NCBI GenBank assembly: GCA_964016885.1
Contig: OZ024745.1
Coordinates: forward strand, 68,262,001 to 68,326,000
From: Eledone cirrhosa
Lineage: Eukaryota
Reading direction: 5' to 3'
DNA length: 64,000 nucleotides
Made by a program: the position numbers and the translations under genes. Of the stretch, positions 28,461 through 46,826 are shown piece after piece. Numbering within the stretch: position 1 is the first letter of the stretch; each line of letters begins with the position of its first letter. A model generated the notes under the pieces. That model saw only the letters and a list, made by a program, of their open reading frames with translations, had not been told where the DNA came from and searched no databases.

Positions 28461-28867
28461 TACCCATCTTCCGGCTTCTCTGGAGAATTGTAAAAGCACA
28501 TATCGTTATATGCTTTTTCTATGAAAATTAGTAGTGGGTAGACTAATTTGCATAGAACGTGAGTCATTGTACGCACCGGTTCAGCGGAAACGATAAAAAC
28601 AAATAACGAAACGAAATTAAATTTCGTTTCGCTTCTAACTCACTTTTGTATGACTGACGCTTAAACAATTAAGTTAAAGTGTACATCTACATATGTATAC
28701 GGAAGTATTAGTATGCATATAAATACACACATGTATACATATGTACATGTACTCAGCTTTTCACTAGACACTTTACAGTGAGTGTCAGCTAGTCTGTATG
28801 TAACCACACAGACGGACCGGGTTTTAGAGTCATACGGGTTTTCAAGGAAACACATTTCCTCTATTCT

Positions 28868-32134
<3,267 letters not shown>

Positions 32135-32516
32135 AAATAAATAAGTCAGATGTTTAAAATTTGGCTTCGTTTATTACTGCTATATATATTTGGCTGTGAC
32201 CTCTTCAGGCAGTCCGAATTAGTGTGGTAGAGACGAGTACACATGTTGTTGAGGTGTTTAACTTTGTCAATACTCTGATATGTCCAGTTCCTGGTTGGGT
32301 TGTTATTTCACTGAGGAACTGGAATCATATGAATTTAAACAAACGAATTTCAGCGTCAAAGGGCCTCTTCTCCTCTCATTGGTCAGTTGTTAGAACATTC
32401 CTCAGTCAAAAGTTTATAGATAGAAATTCGTTCTGAGGCAAGCCAATCTGTAGCTATATATATATATATATATAGTAAGAATATTTTCGAAACAGCGAGC
32501 GAGTTTGAAATTAGAA

Positions 32517-32815
<299 letters not shown>

Positions 32816-33052
32816 TGTAGGAAAACATACTTTATTATTATTAATCTTCCCTGGTTGAGATAACATTTTGGTCGTTTTAACTGCTGCTATTTCTAGTGGC
32901 TGTACATTGACCTTTCCGCCCCTGCCTTCTATCTTTACACACGGCACGAGACAAAATTGTTTCTTCATCATACACTCTCATCCGGGAACAGTTGTGTATG
33001 GCGCCAGTTCATGATTTGAACTCGGGAATTTTATATTCTCCGAGTGAGAAGA

Positions 33053-33133
33053 ACCCGCTGACGAAAGTCTTCTCAATGGATTTCCGCATGGATTATCCAT
33101 TTATTTTGAGACTTGAAACCGCGCGGTAAGGGT
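33053..33133 (+). ncRNA. Type I hammerhead ribozyme with extended stem II
   Basis: acccg-CTGACGA-aagtct...agactt-GAAA-ccgcgcgg-TA-agggt. Confidence 0.78.
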
Positions 33134-33208
33134 AATTATAGCAGGTATAGTGAACTTTTTAAAACTGACTTAAAAACTTTTTCTTATTTGCTAAACCTTG
33201 ATTATATT

Positions 33209-33295
<87 letters not shown>

Positions 33296-33821
33296 GACGT
33301 AAAATAAGAAAATTATAAGGCCTAGTTGGCCTTAAAGTTATCATCGATGCCGAGATCATTATTCTACTAAACATATGACTGTTCTCGTTTTATTTTTCTT
33401 ATTAACGGTATGTTTATGTTTTCTCCTGTGATCTTTATGGTTTGTTTAGAACAGCAAAGTTCTTAGATCCTCAAAATAAGGAAATATGAAGTAAAAATAA
33501 CTAAATATAAAGATATCACTGGATATAAGGTAGCCGTGTTTTGATTGTTGAATATCTAAGTATCTAAATATATCTAAATATATCTATCTACTTACACATA
33601 TTCACATAGAAAGGGAGATAGTGATTGTATGAGTGAGATACATATATACATATAAATAGATAGATGTATAGATAGATAGATAGATGTATAGATAGATAGA
33701 TAGATAGATAGATATATAGATATATAGATAGATAGATAAATAGGTAGATAGATAGATAGATAAATGTGTGTTAGAGGGACCGAGAGAGTGATGAACAGAA
33801 AAGATATATGATGAACAGATC

Positions 33822-33872
<51 letters not shown>

Positions 33873-33931
33873 GTGTGTGTGTGTGCGTGTGTGCGCGTTT
33901 GTGTGTGTGTGTATATATAAATATATATATT

Positions 33932-35556
<1,625 letters not shown>

Positions 35557-35560
<4 letters not shown>

Positions 35561-36205
35561 GGTGTATATTAACACATATATAAAAACATACTATATCTTA
35601 TGGCTAGCTTCGTTATGAAAGAAAAATATTTTTTCGTAATGAAAAAAATATTTTCTCTCTTATGCCAGACAGCGCTGTCTCAAGATTTTAATCTGTGACA
35701 CTCACTCAACCGATACTGACCTGGAAATAGACTAGAGTCTATGTTCATATATATATATGTCTGTGTGTGTGTGCGCGCGCGCCTGCGTGTGTGTGTGTAT
35801 GTGCGACTAAATCCATTGAAAGCGATGTTGCTCCAGCATGGCTGTAATTTAATGACTGAAAACAGTAAAATAATAAAAATACAAAATCACCCCAGCAACA
35901 GCTCAGTGATTCAACATTGAATATGTTATAAATCTTACTGATCTTTCTAATAGAGTTTATGTTTTTTTTATAAATGAATTAAGGTTAGGTAGATCGTAGT
36001 AGGTTTTCTCACACATTTCAATAAATAAGTTATTTAAAAAAACTTGCACATGATTTGATTCATACCCAAGGCATGCAGTTATAAATACGAAATACCGACC
36101 TTAGAAAAATTTAATTTCCATTTCAAATTGATGTAAATATTTGCCTTTTGTTATCACATTATATAAGAGAGAGAGAGAGAGAGTAGGGAGAAAGAGTATG
36201 TGTGT

Positions 36206-36276
<71 letters not shown>

Positions 36277-37263
36277 TAGAGCACAGGACGAACGTCTCTT
36301 TGCACTCTTTCATGCCAGTGTTGATGTGCTGGACATGAGAAAGTGTTACTGAAATATTTGGAAGATTGTGGTAAAGGAGTCTTGCTTAAGTTTCTTTTTC
36401 CCCCAAGCCTATCAGGTGGCAGAATTTGAATTGAGAACGCACAAAGCTGAAACAGATATATTATAAGGCATCTTCTCTATTCTACGAATCTACCACCCCT
36501 GGATTGATACTTTATTTATCAACCACGAAATTTGAGCTCACTGGGATTTAAACTCAAAGCGCAAAGATTCAGAACAAGTACCACATTATATTTAATCCGA
36601 CACTCTAACCAATCTACCAATTCAATTAAAGCTTCCAGTTGAGTGAACAATGATCAATGATGGCCAAGGGGATCATTAGCTGATGCGTTCAAAGAAACCG
36701 ATAATATTCTAACGTTTGGATTGATGGTTTGATCTAAACATATTTGGTGCCAGCTACTTTAAAACTAAGATCTGCAAACGTGTTGAGAATTATTTTTTCT
36801 TTCTATAGCTGTAATTTCCAACTTTTTCTGCAATGAATTGTACCCTGACTCTAAGATTTTGAAAAGTATTTCAACCCAACAAACTAACAGAACTTCAGGG
36901 TAGTATTCAATACAGAATGGGAATCACAGCTGTACTGTGAATATGATATCAGTACAAATCCCTAGATATCAGGATATTTTAGAGAGAATATTTGGGGGAT
37001 GCCGAGGAGAGTCAGAGTTAGCATTGACGTTTTACGTCAGCTTTTCATGCTTGCGTGAATTGTACGAAACGCAGAGCTTATCCCGGTTTAATGTGTGTGT
37101 GAAACGACTGGCCGCGATGCTAGTTTACTAAGTGTCGCTGATACTTATTTTCAGCTGAGTGAAATGAGAAATGAAGTGTGAAGTCTGTCTTATTTAAGTG
37201 GTTAGCACTATATGTGCCAACATATACGGTTAGAATCACAAATTAAGCCTAAATCATAAATAT
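35557..37263. repeat. Copy B of the inverted duplication of 9660-11471
   Basis: Reverse-complement identity, with a shorter (CA)n tract and a few substitutions. Confidence 0.92.
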
Positions 37264-37685
37264 AAGGGAATAAACATGGTTTCCGAAGGAACGCATGGAG
37301 AAAGCCTTTCGTCATCAGGAAGTCTATTCTCAGCTAAGTTCCCAGGCGATGCGTGGACACAGGGAACTTATACAAAAATAATTCAGTGGATGGAAAAAAG
37401 CAAGCGTGGACTAAATTCCAAGACATTGAAAAAAAAAATAAATATATTTATACAAATATATTTTCAGCGAGAATCGCATTTCGGCGAGTAGAAAAGGCGA
37501 AACGAAACGCAAAAATCAGATATGATACTGGCATGCGCTCGATAGTTAAAAAACAGAGCTAAACAATATGTTAAGAGGCCATACAAAACTGAAATAGTGG
37601 TCAAGAAAGCTTCAACCACCTAAGCCAAAAAGCCAATCAAGCTAAAACAAGTCAAAACAAAATAAAATTAATGATATATATATAT

Positions 37686-37790
37686 CCCGCCAAGGTTAAC
37701 TTTGCCTTTCATCCTTACGGGGTCGATAAAATAAAGTACCAGTAATGTACTGAGTAATTGCTGGCCTTGTGCCTAAAGTAGAAACAATTA
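37686..37790 (+). mobile_element. 5'-truncated SINE in (TA)n
   Basis: CCCGCCAAGGTTAACTTTGCC...CCTAAAGTAGAAACAATT. Confidence 0.75.
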
Positions 37791-38060
37791 TATATATATA
37801 TATCGCATCGCCAAGGATTAGCGTCATATTCCTAGCAAATGAAGCATATTCATTTACAAGAAGGTTCCAGCATTACGAGGGAGAGAGTGTGAGAGACAGA
37901 GTGTGTTAAAGAGAAAAAGAGAGAAAAGAGAGAGGCAGAGAAGAGGAAAAAGAGAGAATGGGAGAAGAGGGAGAGAGAGGGAGAAGAGGAAGAGAGAGAG
38001 AAGGGGACGAGAGTACGAGAGTACGAGAGAGGGAGAGAGAGAAGAGAGAGAGAGAGAGAT

Positions 38061-38091
<31 letters not shown>

Positions 38092-38096
38092 CAGTT

Positions 38097-38172
<76 letters not shown>

Positions 38173-38680
38173 AGAAAGTTCAACCATTTCGACTAAACTT
38201 AAATTTGTAAATAAGCTAGCACGACGTACTTGATTGATAATTTGGGCGTCGGATATGCAATAATATTCTGCTTTCACATCTTCAAATATCAATCTAGCCA
38301 TACATGTTTCTTCTCAATATATTATTAAAGCTTTTATTATTAAATTATCAAAGACCAGCTTGACTAAAAGTGGTTATTGGAGTTTATTAAATTGCTTGTC
38401 TCCTAACGGCAAACTATCGACAAGGCTTCATGTAAAAAAGAATAAAATAATAATAATAATAATGATAACAATAATACACATATACACATACACTCACACA
38501 CACATATAAAGCAGATTTACGACGAAAAACATTTGTATGGTTTGGTAATTCTAGTAAGCTAAATGGCTTGTTGAAGGAATTTAACAATCTTTGCCTTTTG
38601 AAATAGTGTCTATAGGTTTTTAAGTCGTCATATTGAAGTTCTATCACGTATTAATGAGATTAACGTTAATAAATGTCTGA

Positions 38681-38730
<50 letters not shown>

Positions 38731-38920
38731 GGTCGCAGGAATGAGTACTCAATACCATAGATATATATTGTTATGCTTTGGGAGGGTCATGTTGCCAATA
38801 AGAAATACACGCACCAGTTGCTTTCACTTCAATTTATTATGAATTAAATTTATAAATTTAGGAATTTATAAATTTCTGGTTGGTTGGTTGGTTTCACAAG
38901 CAGACGATTGTTCATATATT

Positions 38921-38963
38921 GTCAAAGTTCTTTCATCACACATTCTGTGACCTCTTCAGTGAC
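38921..38963 (-). ncRNA. Type I hammerhead ribozyme motif
   Basis: Reverse complement gtca-CTGAAGA-g-gtcaca-gaatg-tgtgat-GAAA-gaac-TT-tgac. Confidence 0.68.
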
Positions 38964-39070
38964 TGGGGATTATTTTCAGAAACGAAATATATATATATAT
39001 ATATATATAATATAGAAATAGCTTCTACAGGATTAGAGGTGTTTCATTCAAGAGAAATCATACATAGATA

Positions 39071-39167
<97 letters not shown>

Positions 39168-39323
39168 TTATTTAGCTCTCCCTTGGTCTCTCTCTCTATA
39201 TATATATATGTATACATATATACAGGGTGTCCCAATGACGTATACACACCATGATTATCTGTACAGGCAATATTTATTAGAATGCTGTTAAAGTTTGTAT
39301 GCATTTTTTGGTACACACTGCAG

Positions 39324-39365
<42 letters not shown>

Positions 39366-39422
39366 TTCTCTCGAATGAAACACCTCTAATCCTGTAGAAG
39401 CTATTTCTATATTATATATATA

Positions 39423-39499
<77 letters not shown>

Positions 39500-41035
39500 T
39501 CGACTCGAGACAAAGATACTTTTAACGTGTTAAACTATATCTGCGTAAAATCGTAAAAGAATTAAGTCTAGCAGATTTCATCATCGATCGCCAATACAGT
39601 TATTTAATTCGATACCATTCACCGTACCACCGTTCATCGTTCGCCATTCACCATTCAGTTTAATATCGTATTTATTTAATTAAATAATAAAAATAAAAAT
39701 AAAGAAAAAAAGAAAGCAACTCAGGCTGCAAATATTTAGTCTTTCCAAGAGAGATAGCTAACATTTTAGCCCCGGTTTTCCACATGATTGCCAAACAATA
39801 AACATATGCAGGCTGCAAAATTTATGGAAGCCATACGATTCGACCGTTCTTTTTAAGCATCGTATTTTATTCAGTCATTTTAACAATTTCAGAAGCGAAT
39901 GCAATTTTCATTAATTTACGTTTTATTATGTAAATGTTCTTCCAGTGGTAGTAATCATATGTGAATAGTAACAATGCTTCGAGTGCGCCACTTTTAATCT
40001 TGATATAAATTGATATCGGCCCATTTACGTATAATAGATCAATTAGAGTCACATTGATAATCAGGACAAAACGTATTGCATTCAGTTGAAACATAGTATG
40101 GTTGTCTTCATCATTATGTCGTGGAAAGAAAAGTTGTGTGATTTCTTAATAAAGCAGTTGAGAGGAAATCAAATTAACAACTAATAAGTTAAGTAGAATC
40201 AAAGTATCAATGGTATGGATCGTTTCAGAGGCAGCATTTGGATAAGATTTGACAATATATAAGATAAGTTGTCCCTTCTATTTATTTAAAGAGACAAACT
40301 ACAAATAGTTTACTGTAGCTAGACCCAGAAAAAACATGTATTTAGGCCCAACTTGTAGGTATTTAGCACTCCAAGCTAGCCCAACAGCGTACACGTTCTT
40401 CTCCCTATGCACCCAATTTTCATATTATTTTCAATTTACAATTTGGTAAGTAGAGGAACGACGTAGATTTTGACACTTCCTGCTCTGACCACACTAAGAA
40501 AATGAATAAGCCTGCATGTTCTACAACACAGTCAACACTCACTGCTACGCTGCAACGATGTTTAATTATTTATTTGTTGATCACCGAAAATTATTATATA
40601 TTCAAATTAATTGTACAAATTTGTATAAAACTGATATCCTTTGAGGCTCATCTATGCACCACATAGAAGCCTGCGTCCTTGGCAGTAGCCTAGTTAATAT
40701 AAAGGAAGCACCAGCCTTAGTGTATACATAATCATATACAATTTCTTAAGCCCAATTTTCAGTCCTGTTCTACAGATTTTGACTGATATTGCTCCAACAT
40801 TATTGTAGTCTCTTTTCACAGTTTTCTTCGTCGCCTGACAATAAAAAGGGGCATTGTGTAAATACTGCACGGCATTTGCCACTTCGATCGTCTGATTATG
40901 CAAATATAATTGCGCCACAACCATCTGGCAATAATATTACAAAATTATAATGAATTATTGTAATGTCCCTAATATATTTCTAATATATTTCCTTCCTAAT
41001 ACACTAAACACTTTTCTGAAGCGGGACAACACAAT

Positions 41036-41111
<76 letters not shown>

Positions 41112-41117
<6 letters not shown>

Positions 41118-41910
41118 TAAAAGGAAAAGAAAATGCTGACAAATTGTTCCCAGTGAAAAATAGTTTAATTAGGAATAAGTAAAAATTAGTAATAAGTATT
41201 GGTTAGTATTCAGTTTTGGTTTTAAGTTTTTACCGGTTGCGCATTTCTAATGCTTTTCAAAAATAATTTTGAGATAGAGCGCCCGTGATGTTTGCTCTAA
41301 TCTAATAGCCATTTGACACACATCGCTGCTGGCCATTGTCGCAGCATCGAACACCTTACTACTACTACTACTACACACACACACACACATACACACACAT
41401 ACACACACACATACACACACACACACACATATTTGTTGTGAAAGAGTCATTTCTCAATCTTGGCGCAAAACCAATTTTTTATTCACATGACCTCTACCGA
41501 CCAATCAAAATTGTTTTGACCAAGAATTTTTGCTGGAGCCACTTTTTTAACATAAAAACAGTCTTGGCGCAAAATCAACTTTTTACATTCACATGACCTC
41601 TACCGACCAATCAAAATTGTTTTGACCACAAGAATTTTTGCAACACAAAAATAACGCTGGAGCCACTTTTTTAACATAAAAACAGGTAGAATTCCCAAAA
41701 CTAATCAGATCAGAGCAAACAGCACGGACACTCTATCTCAAAATTATTTTTGAAAAGCATTTAGAAATGCGCAACCGGTAAAAACTTAAAAACTTAAAAC
41801 CACAACTGAATACTAACCCATACAATCACTAATACTCTTTTATTCCTAATTAAACCATTTTTCAACTGTGAACAATTTGTCAGCATTTTCTATTCCGTTT
41901 ACCAATATAT
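41112..41910. repeat. Element with ~175-bp inverted arms and an internal ~115-bp tandem duplication
   Basis: ATTGGTAAA...GAAAATGCTGACAAATTGTTC...GAGATAGAG (41112-41280) is mirrored at 41730-41908. TCTTGGCGCAAAA...CATAAAAACAG occurs twice. Confidence 0.8.
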
Positions 41911-41940
41911 AATAACTTGTGTGTTACACCTCCATTCTTT

Positions 41941-42000
<60 letters not shown>

Positions 42001-42258
42001 TTTGTAATATATATTACAATATTATTACTTAGATACGTAGATGATTTTGTTTATATTACTTTTCCGAATAAGTTAAGAGATATATGTAAAGTCGTCTTAA
42101 ATCCGTCTTTGTACAATGTAGATGAATGGGACGTTAGAAAGATCTGTCAACAATATCCCCCATTTTGTTTCCTGGAGCTTAACCGAGAATAATAACAAGT
42201 TGGAATCATGTTGGAATCAATATCGCCAAAGAGGAAATATGAAACTTATATAAATAAT

Positions 42259-42440
42259 TGTTTCTACGTTAGGCATAAGGCCAGCAATTACCCAGTGAAT
42301 TACCGGTACTTTATTTTATCGACCCGTAAGGATGAAAGGCAAAGTTAACCTCGGCGGGATTTGAACTCAGAATGGCAAGGTCTGTAACTCTATACGTCAA
42401 AGCATGGCGTCCGACCCTCTACCGATACTGCCAATCCACC
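42259..42440 (-). mobile_element. SINE with 11-bp TSD
   Basis: ATATAAATAAT at 42248-42258 and 42441-42451. Confidence 0.85.
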
Positions 42441-42809
42441 ATATAAATAATAAAAGGAAAAAATATAAATATATTTTTCATTATAGTAGAAAATCAACTG
42501 TTGTATATATACAATATAATGTTGTATATATACAATATAATGTTGTATATATGAAATATAAACCTGGTCGTTTTTCAATGTAGAGGTTTGAAACTACACA
42601 AGAAATAAAACGTTAAAAAAATTGAAACATAATAGAAGAGGTAGATGGGATTAGAAGCTATAAGTGAAATAGAATATTGAAAGAGAAAACCCTTGAAGTG
42701 ATATAGCATAATATGAAAGTAATTCTATCATGAAGAGAAGATGATCACTTAAATATCAATCATGCTTATCAGAAATATTCGGCTACCTTGCAGAAAAAAT
42801 GTGAAGACA

Positions 42810-42900
42810 CGTGTCTTAGTGGTTAGGGTGTGGGGCCAACGATCATAACGACGTGGGTTTGAATCCCAGTCCGAGCAGCGTGTTGTGTTCTTGTGCAAAA
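42810..42900 (+). mobile_element. tRNA-like head of a second SINE family (relative at ~7403-7480)
   Basis: TAGTGGTTAGGG A-box-like and GGTTTGAATCCC B-box, followed by GTGTTGTGTTCTTG. Confidence 0.55.
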
Positions 42901-44805
42901 AGCTTCAGCTGATGCGGTTTTAAAGTTGAAAATGAGTATCACCAGCAGCTTGGCGTAAGTTTGCGATGGACTGATGCCGCGTCCATAGAGAAATTGCCTA
43001 ATTTCAGTCGCAATATTTTGAGCAAATTTATTACATGAGTAAAGGAATTTATTAAGATGTACAAAAATAAAATATAACAGTCGTCAATTGAGTCGTGTAT
43101 TCCTTGGTAAAAACCATGCTTTTTAGTTGCCCAGGTTGTCCCAAGTACACCTACATACCCACTCAAACTGCCCACTCTTGTTTTAGCGGTTTCTCAATGA
43201 TGTGACACCTCGAACAGGACCAGTATTTTCTTTCTTAATCTCGAAAGGGTGGGAGGCAAAGTAAATCTCAAAAGAATTAGAACTCAGAGCGCAGAAATCC
43301 GAAACAAATATTCAACGTTCTAAGCAATTCTACAAGTATTATAGAAATATTATGCATATAGTTTCGCTAGAATATAACAATTGGAAAGGAACACTCATTC
43401 AATAGTCCCGCTATAAACTTTTGTTAGAAGGCTAAATAAGAAAGGTTAGGGTTACTGTTAACGTGAATCTCTTGAAATCTTGAAATACAAATCTGCTGAT
43501 CTCTTGTACAAATGAGACCTTTGTTTGTATGTTGTACGAAACTCTAAATATATTTAGTAGATAAAGAAACCGAAAGATTCTCCTAAAGCTAATTCTAATC
43601 TGAATCTCCTGAGTAGGTTTTCTCTTGATATAGTTTCATTCTCTCTATAATAATAAATTAACAAGTTATTGAATTAGAAATTTGGCCCAAAGCTTCATCA
43701 ACTATCTCCTTTCTTTTGTAATAGATAGAGTAACATTTTATCAACTCGTAACGGTTGAAATGTCAGAAACTATGAACTTCTCTATATCAAATTCGTAAAT
43801 TGACTTATCATTACTGAATGCAGACAATACTAACATGTGTGCGGTCTCTATGTCTGGACATAGATACGTATGCACACATACATACATACATACACACATA
43901 CATACATACACACATACATACATACATACACACATACATACATATTCACATAAATACATACATAAACATTTGTGAAATTATAATACCAGAATAACATACA
44001 TACATATATACATACATACATACGTACATACATACATACTGCTCTCTCCAACGCTATGGATATTTTCACAATGTTGCTACGTGACAACAGTTTTATGATT
44101 TAATCGAAATTATATATTTGATATATTTAATTCAATTATACTAATTTGTATAAGACTATGGTAGATAAGATTTCGTGATGCACCTCTCTAGGTTCTGTGC
44201 TCAGGACAGCCTAGTTGTCCTAATGGTAAAATCTGTTTTGCAAGAGATGTTCCTGTATTGATGGAGAATGCACGTTTAATTATAAGTTAGAATTGTAAGT
44301 TAGAATTATTTTTCCGATTTAGATAATGCCCCCGAACAATATTTTCTTTCAGAACTCGCCGCTTCCACAAAATCAAAATTTACTTGTTCCTTCCACGTTC
44401 ACATGGATTCTTTTAAAACCCAAACCGCCTAAAACCGCACCTGGTTCTACAATACAAAACTGTTTATCTTAAAGTATGTATATTTATCTAAAAAACAACA
44501 TACCATCACCATTTTATATAAGAAATTTTAAATTATGCTTTAAATACAAGAGAAAAAGACAATGATATTACTAAATTCCTTCAGATTATCGATTATTTTC
44601 AAATGTATGTATGTATGTGTGTATGTATGTAGAAAGCCAGCCAGAGAGCGAATAAGTGGTGGTGGTCATAGTGACAACGGTAATCGTTAAGAAACCGCAA
44701 GATGTAATGAGCCGTTATGGAAAAAGGATAACAAATGTGTGGTGTGTAAGTGAGTGTGTGTGTATGTGTGTATATGCGTATGTGCGTATGTATATATATA
44801 TATAT

Positions 44806-45947
44806 GGAAGAGAAACGGAGTTCTTCTTGGAATCCGCGCCGGAAGGATAAATAAAGAAATTTAAGACTTTCTCAGCGTCAGCAGGAGAATGGTGGAAAAG
44901 GTCAGAAAGGAATTGTAAGATTCAGGATTCGACTACGAAGCAACATCAGAGAGGAAAACACATGATCGACGATCTGACGCCTTCAGAACGCCCGAGTTCG
45001 TCGCTGAAGTTCAGGATATCATCAACAATGAACCTAGCAAGTCGATGCGTGCCATTGCAAGGGAGAAAGGCGTGGATGAAAAGCTCATTAGGCTGGTGGT
45101 ACATGAAGACATTTGCTAAGTTTCATACAAGATGAGGAAAGGACAATTTCTGTCAAAGGCGATGCAAGAAACGCGACTGAAGCACGCAAAGAAGATGATC
45201 AACAAGTGGAAACACCCACTGGAGCCAGACATGCTGTGAATTTTCTTCGACGAGAAAAACTTCTGCCAAGACCAGAAGATCAACTCCCAAAACAACAGCT
45301 GGCTCGCTGTCCCATCCAAAGACGTGCTGAGAGTCATGCAGACAAAGTTTCCAGCGACAACATTGGTCTTAGGTGTCGTCAGCAGTCAAGGTGACGTCAT
45401 GCTGCCTCACTTCTTCCCTGAGGGCCTCAAGATGAACGCCGATGGCTACATCCGCGTTCTGAGCGAGGTAGTAAAGCCCTGGATCGACCAGGTAGCTGCA
45501 GGTAGGCCGTATGTGTGGCAGCAAAAGTCACCGCCCTGCCATACCAGCCGAAAGACCCAAGCCTGGCTGTCAGAGAACTTCGTCGACCACACTTCACCTG
45601 ACATCTGGCCTCCCAGCGCGCCTGACTGCAACCCCATCGACTTCTTTGTGTGGGGCGCAGTGGAACGAGACATCAACAGATCTAGCTGCAATACGAAAGA
45701 TGATCTGAAGGCCAGTATCACAAGTGCATTTAGGGTCCTAAGTCGGGGGACAGTGACGAAGGCCTGTAGCCGGTTCCGAGACCGCCTTGAGGCCGTCATC
45801 AAAGCCAATGGCAGGTTTATCGAGTGAGATCGAAAGAACAAGTCATGAAGACAACTGACTCAAGTTTGATAAATATATCTTAAAAAATAAAACTACTGTG
45901 TTACATTTACCTAGACAGTAATCCTGCGAACAAATATCGTCCGCACC

Positions 45948-45952
<5 letters not shown>
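44806..45952 (+). mobile_element. Tc1/mariner DD37D (maT-like) DNA transposon, 5'-truncated and inactivated
   Basis: FFDEKNF, YVWQQ(K)SPPCH and WPPSAPDCNPIDFFVWG, with 37 residues between the second (mutated) and third catalytic positions. There are in-frame stops, and the right end reads ...CCGCACCCTG-TA. Confidence 0.9.
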
Positions 45953-46000
<48 letters not shown>

Positions 46001-46030
46001 CATTATCGACCTGTTACATATGTTTAACTG

Positions 46031-46087
<57 letters not shown>

Positions 46088-46178
46088 AGTGTAACTTGGA
46101 GTTACTACAGGTTCACCCGGGAGAGCACTCGACGTTTAGGTTTACTTCTGTGTTGAGGTGTAGAGCTATACAGAGTGT

Positions 46179-46745
46179 AATATATTGAAAGGATAACAAG
46201 GACGATTGGTTACTCCTTCATTACATTTATTGGTAGGTGACGTGAGTTTCGCCACTGACCAGCTCAAGGTTCGATCTGTATCGATCTTACCCGACTCAAT
46301 AATCGGCAGTTCGACGGACCTTTTAAAATGGTATACGAAAATGAATACATGCTATATGATAAAGTCACATCCACCCCCACATACACTACAGGCGAAAGTC
46401 AATCCGTCACCCCCCCACACCACAGCCTATCGCAGCCAGCGACCGTCACCAACATCTCATCATCACATCCACTCCCACATACACTACAGGCCAATACATC
46501 CCTATGATCTTTTCCACCAATCAAAACAACTCATATTGTACAACTTATGAACTTCTGACTTTATCATATAGCATGTATTCATTTTCTTATACCATTTTAA
46601 AGGGTCCGTAGAGCTACCGATTATCGAGTAGGGTAAGATCGATACAGATCGAACCTTGAGCTGATCAGTGGCGAAACGCGCTTCACCTACCAATAAATGT
46701 AATGAAGGAGTAACCAATCGTCCTTGTTATCCTTTCAATATATAT
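46179..46745. repeat. Inverted repeat (~190-bp arms, ~190-bp spacer) with an HHR-like variant in each arm
   Basis: ATATATTGAAAGGATAACAAG...GATAAAGTCA is mirrored by TGACTTTATC...CTTGTTATCCTTTCAATATAT. The ORF track gives paralogous peptides at 46206(+) and 46717(-). Confidence 0.9.
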
Positions 46746-46750
46746 ATATA

Positions 46751-46826
<76 letters not shown>

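Larger units (their letters stand above)
27727..28867 (-). mobile_element. 469-bp tandem array (2.4 units) with one HHR per full unit; retrozyme-like element
   Basis: Units start at 27727, 28196 and 28665. They are nearly identical (one T/C difference seen) and have no credible ORF. Confidence 0.85.

Noticed and set aside
27609-28531. Repeated 64-102 aa ORFs within the 469-bp array
   Set aside because: They recur only because the DNA repeats. They have no recognisable motifs, and the RNA structure explains the sequence better.
27727-28867. CRISPR-like interpretation of the repeat array
   Set aside because: The units are identical along their full length with no variable spacers, the context is eukaryotic, and there are no cas genes.
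32176-32213. HHR of the 24286/56653 family
   Set aside because: An internal deletion removes GAAA and half of stem II, so it is non-functional.
42810-42880. tRNA gene
   Set aside because: It has A/B boxes but no acceptor stem or cloverleaf, and it continues into SINE body sequence.
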